Shown here piece after piece: positions 6,760 to 12,076 of a stretch of 12,076 nucleotides of DNA. Each line of letters opens with the position of its first letter. Positions within the stretch are counted from its first letter, which is position 1. Under the pieces are notes generated by a model that saw only the letters and a list, made by a program, of their open reading frames with translations, made no database searches and was not told the origin of the DNA. The DNA is from a virus. The stretch is taken from the IMG/VR virus record IMGVR_UViG_3300010244_000045, positions 1 to 12,076 of that record. One strand, given 5' to 3'. The translations under genes and the position numbers were made by a program.

Positions 6760-7374
6760 ATGCACGTACATAATTTATATAAAGATGGAAAAGGCATTTT
6801 TCATTACATAGACCAACTAGAAGAACTACCCTTCAGGGAAATGTTAGATACAGAAACCGTAGACCTGCTTTTTATCAGCCTTCACGGTTCGAGAGAAGTA
6901 TCAACAACCGTCCGAAATATAGTAGGTGATGAAGAAGTAACAGAGGATAATTTAAAGGCAGTAGCTAGTATGCTTCACGGACTTTATTTTAAAAAGTGGG
7001 TGAACTTATACAACATTTACGCCCGAGAGTTAGAACTTGAGACTTATAACCTAACAACCACTGAAACCATTGATGATGACGGGAAAACAAGTTCAGATAC
7101 CAATGACTCAACAACAACAACCAGACAAACAGGCGTAGCTGGTTATAATAGTGAAGATTTTGCTAATGATGAAGAAGAATCACTAAAAGATGAGGCAACA
7201 GGTGAACGAACAGGAACAAGTCAAAATGAACGAACCAGAGAAACACAGGTTAAAGGTAATACTGATAACCTAATAGATGATAGAAATAAAGCAATAAATG
7301 CACTTAAATATAACCTACTTCAAGATACAATCTTTAAAGATGTGAATCAGTTTGTAGGTACACTAATTTATTAA
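6760..7374 (+). CDS. Virion-module protein of unknown role, 204 aa (candidate scaffolding protein or lower-collar/adaptor)
   Basis: AGGAGGG RBS, and a position between the portal and capsid genes. The termini look helical and the centre is rich in T/S/D/E. I recognised no diagnostic motif. Confidence 0.6.
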   Translation: MHVHNLYKDGKGIFHYIDQLEELPFREMLDTETVDLLFISLHGSREVSTTVRNIVGDEEVTEDNLKAVASMLHGLYFKKWVNLYNIYARELELETYNLTTTETIDDDGKTSSDTNDSTTTTRQTGVAGYNSEDFANDEEESLKDEATGERTGTSQNERTRETQVKGNTDNLIDDRNKAINALKYNLLQDTIFKDVNQFVGTLIY

Positions 7375-7388
7375 AGGAGAATGAATCA

Positions 7389-8552
7389 ATGAGAGTTGAA
7401 CAAATACATGAAATTATGAACCAATCGACATCAGAAGTATTAGGTAGAGAAGGTATTGTAAAAGAAGACCTTTCTAATATCGTAGACGTGGGTAACGAGA
7501 TTATTGGTTCAGATAATATTGATAACTATGTTAAAAAGCTAGTCAACCATATTGGAAAAGTGGTTTTTGATAACCGAACATATTCAGGAAACGTTCCAAG
7601 CGTATTAATGGATAGCTGGGAATTTGGATCAATCCTAGAGAAAATCAGCGCAGATATTCCACAAGCTGAAGAAAACGAAAGCTGGAATTTAAACGATGGT
7701 GAAGTATACGGACAAGATACTTTCTACCAACCTAAAGTAAACGCTAAATTCTTCAACTCTAAAGTAACTTTTGAAGTACCAATTTCATTTACTGAGCTTC
7801 AGGTTAAAGAATCGTTCTCTAACGCTGAACAGCTAAACGGTTTCTTATCTATGATTTTCAACGCAGTAGAGAAATCTCTAACTATCAAAACTGATAACTT
7901 AGTTATGAAAATGTTGAATAACATGACAGCTGAAACCCTAACAGATGACTTAGTAGACGGAGAAGGTACTTTACAGTTGAGCCAATCAGGAACAAAGGCT
8001 ATTAACTTGTTGAGTCTATACAATGAGCAAGCTGAAGGAACAGTTACGAAAGATGTTGCACACCGTAACCCTGATTTTATCCGTTTTGCTTCATACGTGA
8101 TTAACCTTTATAAAGACCGTATGACTAAGATTAGTACGTTGTTTAACGTTGGTAAGAAAGAACGCTTCACACCTGAACAAGATATTAACGTAGTTCTTCT
8201 TTCAGACTTTGCAAGCGCTTCAACAGCCTTCTTACAGTCTGATACTTACAATAGTGAGTTAGTAGCGTTACCGAACTATGAAACAGTGCCTTACTGGCAA
8301 GGTTCAGGGGAAACGTATGACTTTACAGAGGTTTCTAAAATCTCAGTCAAAACATCAAACGGTGACCATGTAACCACTGATGGAATTTTAGGAGTTATGT
8401 TTGATAAACAAGCCGTAGGTGTAGCTAACTTAGATAGACGAGTTACTTCCCACTACAATGCTAAGGCTGAGTTCTACAACAACTTCTACAAAGCAGACGC
8501 AGGTTATTTCAACGACTTAAACGAAAACTTCATTGTTTTCTTTGCTGCTTAA
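7389..8552 (+). CDS. Major capsid protein, 387 aa
   Basis: Its size, its position after the portal/scaffold-like genes, its AAGGAG RBS and the strong terminator downstream all fit. Blocks such as KKLVNHIGKVVF and GVMFDKQAVGVANL resemble phi29 gp8 (LVDRIGLVV, LVDKDWFMVYDNL). Confidence 0.78.
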   Translation: MRVEQIHEIMNQSTSEVLGREGIVKEDLSNIVDVGNEIIGSDNIDNYVKKLVNHIGKVVFDNRTYSGNVPSVLMDSWEFGSILEKISADIPQAEENESWNLNDGEVYGQDTFYQPKVNAKFFNSKVTFEVPISFTELQVKESFSNAEQLNGFLSMIFNAVEKSLTIKTDNLVMKMLNNMTAETLTDDLVDGEGTLQLSQSGTKAINLLSLYNEQAEGTVTKDVAHRNPDFIRFASYVINLYKDRMTKISTLFNVGKKERFTPEQDINVVLLSDFASASTAFLQSDTYNSELVALPNYETVPYWQGSGETYDFTEVSKISVKTSNGDHVTTDGILGVMFDKQAVGVANLDRRVTSHYNAKAEFYNNFYKADAGYFNDLNENFIVFFAA

Positions 8553-8589
8553 TTAACTACATAAATCTAATCTAGTATTTAGGGTAGGG

Positions 8590-8770
8590 TTCTGATACTG
8601 AGGGATAAGGGTAGGTATCAACATTTAGTCAAAGTTACTCGTGCCGACATTCAAAAGTAACTTGTCCTTTTACATATCTATGTAAAAACAGATTCATAGA
8701 ATGGCTTAAAATGTCATTCTAAACTCACTAAGAGGGTAGGGGTAGGAGGTTACCCTTACCTTCTTTTTTT
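8590..8770 (+). ncRNA. Structured non-coding region (4 hairpins plus a terminator hairpin); candidate packaging RNA or structured 3' UTR
   Basis: Stems: 8593-8598/8615-8620; 8632-8639/8656-8663; 8668-8675/8680-8687; 8697-8705/8713-8721; 8731-8744/8751-8764. The region has no ORF or RBS. Confidence 0.3.
8731..8770 (+). terminator. Rho-independent terminator after the capsid gene
   Basis: AGAGGGTAGGGGTA (8731-8744) pairs with TACCCTTACCTTCT (8751-8764), including two G-U pairs, around the loop GGAGGT. A T-run follows to 8770. Confidence 0.8.
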
Positions 8771-8789
8771 ATATTAAGGAGCGTACCAG

Positions 8790-9221
8790 ATGGAAATAAA
8801 GTTGTATAATACAACCAATTCAAATAACACGATTAATAAAGAATTAACTGACGAATTAACGTATAATATTCAATTTACAGACACAGCCAATGTTATCAGC
8901 CCCGTTGTAAGATTAAAAGATGAACAGCTAGTTAAACGGAACTATGCTTACATACCTAACTTTAAACGGTATTATTTTATTCGAGATATAAGCAGTAAAC
9001 CGAATCGAATAACGACTTTAGAGTTAGAAGTAGACGTATTGGAGAGCTTCAAAGAGGATATTTTAGAATCATACGGAACTGTAGGACGACACTTAGGAGC
9101 TAACAAGTATTATGATGGTGGAAGTTACCCGAGTGAAGAAAGAAAGACTCATACGATTTATAAGAGTGATGTTACACCAGAATTTGAAGAAACAGTCTTG
9201 ATGACATTGATTGGAGGTTAA
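8790..9221 (+). CDS. Tail knob N-terminal-domain protein, 143 aa (phi29 gp9 N-terminus-like)
   Basis: NYAYIPNFKRYYFIRDISSKPNRITTLELEVDVLESFKEDI parallels phi29 gp9 [48 protein letters not shown] lies 8 nt upstream. Confidence 0.7.
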   Translation: MEIKLYNTTNSNNTINKELTDELTYNIQFTDTANVISPVVRLKDEQLVKRNYAYIPNFKRYYFIRDISSKPNRITTLELEVDVLESFKEDILESYGTVGRHLGANKYYDGGSYPSEERKTHTIYKSDVTPEFEETVLMTLIGG

Positions 9222-9227
9222 ATATAA

Positions 9228-11396
9228 ATGGCAAATTTATCTGAACTAAATCCTTTTCCAGAAAGAGACCCTTACGCAACCTCATTCCCTGTAAACAAAG
9301 TGTCTTCGCCAGCCATTGAAATTAGAAGCTCTACAAACGACGCAGGGCGAACTACATTAGACGATTCGGTTACGATTTGGGTAAGTGATAGGTTAAAAGA
9401 TATTGATAACGTTACAATATACATGTTCAAGGCGGGTACAAGTGGTGGCTTTTTCTCACAACCTAGCGAAAGTATATTTCCCGACAATGGTATACCTTCA
9501 GAACAGTATAAGGGTGCAAAGTACTTCAGATTTAGAATAGGCGATTACTTCACTGAAGACGATATTCTAGAAGAATTGAGGGTAAGGGTAGACGTTGTCC
9601 CTCAAGGGCAGGCAAAAACGGGAATACCTATAGAATTTAATCTTGATGATGAGCTTACAACCTCGAATAATCATTGGGAATACGTAGAACTTGATACGCC
9701 TATAACAATCAAAGCTGAATCAGACCAGGCTATTAATGCAATGAGAATCACGCGTGCTACAGGAATACATTCAAGTTGGCAGGATAACATTGCTGACACT
9801 GATTATTTTGATGTTAAAATACCAGACGAAAGTGTTCATAATCAGACTGAATTTACTTTTACTATAGGAGACTATAGAGCTAGTTTTGGTAGAGATTTAT
9901 GGTTCACAATAAACGCTACAAGCGTACCTGCTGAAGAAATACCACTCATCGAAGCAACTTACAGTGAATCATTGGTTAACTTAACTAGCGATAAGCTAGA
10001 TGATATGGTTATTGAAGGGCAAGACAACCTTGTAACATTTAGCTCTACTGATGACCATCATTATATAAGTTCACTAGAGATTGATTTAGAATATACAAAC
10101 ATGGAAGTAAACACTGTTGAGGTAACACTAAGTGAACGTCAAAAACATATAACTGTAGACCTGAGCAGATACCTTGAAGATGATTTACTTGGTATTCACA
10201 TGAAGGGTAGAGCTGATAAACTTAGAACATGGCTTACATACACAACTGAAGAAGAAGCAGAGGACAACCCAAGTTTCACTGCTACGGTAATCAATGCAAC
10301 AGTACAAAATCAGTCTGATATGATTAATGATGATGATATAATCGTGATTACAGGTAACTCAGGTAGAGTCTTTAATGACCCTATTACATTACGAATAGAT
10401 TACCCTGATGAGCTTATCAGAGGGGGGACAACAGCCCCCACACATGAAACATTCACAGCGTACCCTGATGACCCCGAAACAGCAGGTTATTTCAGTGAAG
10501 ACAAGGGAACTGTACGTATACCTGTTGCTGACTTTTGGAAGGAAGAGTACTACGAATTCCCACCTGGGAGGGTAACAATCACACAAGCTGTAGCGTCCCA
10601 AAAGAAGCTTACCGACGGTTTTGTAACCAACTATGCTAACATATTCAAAATGAGTAGAGAGAGCTTAGACGAGTTCACAGAAGCCTTGTACAGCTTTGAT
10701 TCGAATAGCTACCTAGATAGCGTTTATAATCGGGTACATTCAATCTACAGCATGCCTTTCAAGCTACCTGATGAGATGATTTCAGAGGAGCCTAAAGACA
10801 TTATTACATATAATTCAGGTGGTACTAATGTTGAGAGTCCTGAAGCTCGTTACATACTTGATAATAAGTACATTGTCCCTTTAGGCACGATTAGCGTAGA
10901 GGGCGAGTATGGTAACGTATATGACTTTAAAGACACTCAGGCATACGTACACGCACCTTATGTAGAGCAACCTATACTAGTAGACCCTAGTTACGTAATC
11001 AATGAGCAAGTCACTCTAAACGTCGCAATAGACCTTTATAACGGTAATGCTACACTGAACATACATTCGAGCAAGATACAAGGAGAGCTAGTGCAAAGGA
11101 ACAACATTCCTATTAAGCACGATATACCAATGGTAAGCAACTCTTACAACGTGATTGAGGGCGTAGTTGGTGGCTTTGTATACAACCAAGTAACCACACC
11201 TTTCATTGAGATTGTCCGTAATATACCTTATGAATCAGGTTCTATGTTCGGTAAAGAATCTAATGACTACTCACAACTCAAACACTTCACAGGCTATATT
11301 GAAGTGATGACAAGTCACGTCAACTCAACAGCCTCAGAAACTGAACAAGAAACCATTCAAACACTCTTAAGACAAGGTGTTTACATAAACGAATAG
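9228..11396 (+). CDS. Tail knob/receptor-binding protein, 722 aa: four tandem beta-rich modules plus a gp9-like C-terminal region
   Basis: The C-terminus FTGYIEVMTSHVNSTASETEQETIQTLLRQGVYI resembles the gp9 C-terminus [34 protein letters not shown]. GGAGG lies 10 nt upstream. It is the largest late ORF, and its last 68 nt lie in the ITR. Confidence 0.72.
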   Translation: MANLSELNPFPERDPYATSFPVNKVSSPAIEIRSSTNDAGRTTLDDSVTIWVSDRLKDIDNVTIYMFKAGTSGGFFSQPSESIFPDNGIPSEQYKGAKYFRFRIGDYFTEDDILEELRVRVDVVPQGQAKTGIPIEFNLDDELTTSNNHWEYVELDTPITIKAESDQAINAMRITRATGIHSSWQDNIADTDYFDVKIPDESVHNQTEFTFTIGDYRASFGRDLWFTINATSVPAEEIPLIEATYSESLVNLTSDKLDDMVIEGQDNLVTFSSTDDHHYISSLEIDLEYTNMEVNTVEVTLSERQKHITVDLSRYLEDDLLGIHMKGRADKLRTWLTYTTEEEAEDNPSFTATVINATVQNQSDMINDDDIIVITGNSGRVFNDPITLRIDYPDELIRGGTTAPTHETFTAYPDDPETAGYFSEDKGTVRIPVADFWKEEYYEFPPGRVTITQAVASQKKLTDGFVTNYANIFKMSRESLDEFTEALYSFDSNSYLDSVYNRVHSIYSMPFKLPDEMISEEPKDIITYNSGGTNVESPEARYILDNKYIVPLGTISVEGEYGNVYDFKDTQAYVHAPYVEQPILVDPSYVINEQVTLNVAIDLYNGNATLNIHSSKIQGELVQRNNIPIKHDIPMVSNSYNVIEGVVGGFVYNQVTTPFIEIVRNIPYESGSMFGKESNDYSQLKHFTGYIEVMTSHVNSTASETEQETIQTLLRQGVYINE

Positions 11397-11404
11397 ACAA
11401 CAAC

Positions 11405-11446
11405 TAGAGTAGGTTACTTCTTAGTAGCTTACTCTATTTCTTTCTT
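11405..11446 (+). terminator. Terminator-like hairpin after the last gene, encoded within the right ITR
   Basis: TAGAGTAGGTTAC/GTAGCTTACTCTA forms an imperfect 13-position stem with 2 mismatches and a 6-nt loop, followed by TTTCTTTCTT. The mirror copy is at 641-672. Confidence 0.55.
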
Positions 11447-11596
11447 ACTCTCTTTGCTTGAACCTAGAGACCTTGACTACAACCCTATTACAACCCTATC
11501 ATTTCATACCACCTCTCAGACCTTCACATTCAACGTCTAAGCCATTCTATATCATTCTAAGGCGTTACTATTCGTTAACCCTTATCTCTTCACATA

Positions 11597-11870
11597 TAGC
11601 CTCTCATTAGGTTAACTCAGGCTACACCACCACTACTACCCTCTCTAGTCTACCCTCTCTATTTCACTCTTCTCACTTGTTGACTTCTCACTTGTTGACT
11701 TCTCACTTGTTGACTTCTCACTTGTTGACTTCTCACTTGTTGACTTCTCACTTGTTGACTTCTCACTTGTTGACTTCTCACCTCTATATATCTCGGTTTC
11801 GTATCTTCACCCTATTTCTTGACAGGTGTTGACATCTGTGTTAGGGAAGGTCGGTCATTCACAGCTCTGC
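11597..11870 (-). repeat. Terminal module copy B, right arm (mirror of 207-480)
   Basis: Reverse complement of 207-480, ending in ...CACAGCTCTGC at 11870. Confidence 0.95.
11669..11781 (-). repeat. Mirror of the 7-copy iteron array (TTGTTGACTTCTCAC on the + strand)
   Basis: CTTCTCAC at 11669-11676, followed by seven TTGTTGACTTCTCAC units to 11781. Confidence 0.97.
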
Positions 11871-11877
11871 ACTACCC

Positions 11878-12076
11878 TAGCCTCTCATTAGGTTAACTCA
11901 GGCTACACCACCACTACTACCCTCTCTAGTCTACCCTCTCTATTTCACTCTTCTCACTTGTTGACTTCTCACTTGTTGACTTCTCACCTCTATATATCTC
12001 GGTTTCGTATCTTCACCCTATTTCTTGACAGGTGTTGACATCTGTGTTAGGGAAGGTCGGTCATTCACAGCTCTGC
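11878..12076 (-). repeat. Terminal module copy A, right arm (mirror of 1-199)
   Basis: Reverse complement of 1-199. Confidence 0.95.
11950..11987 (-). repeat. Mirror of the 2-copy iteron array
   Basis: Reverse complement of 90-127. Confidence 0.97.

Larger units (their letters stand above)
11329..12076. repeat. Right inverted terminal repeat (ITR), 748 bp
   Basis: Reverse complement of 1-748, ending exactly at the last base of the window. It overlaps the 3' end of the last CDS (11329-11396). Confidence 0.97.

Noticed and set aside
8770-8775. TATATT at 8770-8775 as a -10 element for a tail-gene promoter
   Set aside because: It abuts the AAGGAG RBS (8776-8781), so a transcript started from it would lack the RBS. 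It also lacks the TGn and ATTT context of the other boxes, and it is simply the end of the terminator T-run.
9219-9227. Stop-codon read-through or a sequencing error fusing the 143-aa and 722-aa ORFs
   Set aside because: Two in-frame TAA codons (TAA ATA TAA) separate the ORFs, and the downstream ORF has its own GGAGG and ATG. Read-through of a double stop is unlikely. Resequencing would settle the question.
1-12076. Terminal inverted repeats read as a transposon, IS element or casposon
   Set aside because: There is no transposase, integrase or Cas1, and no target-site duplication can be assessed. The cargo is a full virion and packaging gene set plus a TP-PolB module, so the repeats are better explained as the ends of a linear protein-primed genome.
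1-12076. Alternative genetic code (TGA=Trp, Mollicutes host), suggested by the absence of a lysin and by no gene ending in TGA
   Set aside because: All long ORFs are intact under the standard code with no in-frame TGA, and Trp is encoded by TGG. The strong SD sites fit typical Bacillota. Ten TAA/TAG stops in an AT-rich genome are not significant evidence.

Overview
The window appears to be a complete, self-contained linear replicon. Positions 1-748 are the reverse complement of 11329-12076, matching in every segment I checked by hand, and these inverted terminal repeats (ITRs) sit exactly at the window edges. Between them are about 10 genes, all on the + strand, with Bacillota-style Shine-Dalgarno sites (AAAGGAGG/GGAGG). 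Together they make up a minimal phi29-like, protein-primed podovirus. The genes in order are: a 33-aa ORF missing from the track; an XRE-type HTH regulator; a candidate terminal protein; a protein-primed family-B DNA polymerase (all Exo and Pol motifs present); a phi29 gp16-like packaging ATPase; a phi29 gp10-like portal; a 204-aa structural protein; a major capsid protein; and a gp9-like tail knob split into two ORFs. No integrase, lysis cassette, SSB, tRNA or CRISPR array is visible.

Unusual points:
- The ITRs are very long (748 bp) and have a nested structure: a 199-bp terminal module is repeated directly, with 2 versus 7 copies of a 15-bp iteron.
- The ITR runs 68 nt into the last gene.
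- A GTCAACA motif links the iterons to the early promoter.
- The portal carries a 201-aa polyacidic tail.
- A 237-bp multi-hairpin intergenic region could be the missing pRNA.
- An extended -10 promoter box recurs in front of each gene module.
- The tail protein contains four tandem divergent modules.

All homology statements come from motifs I recognised by eye. No searches were run.
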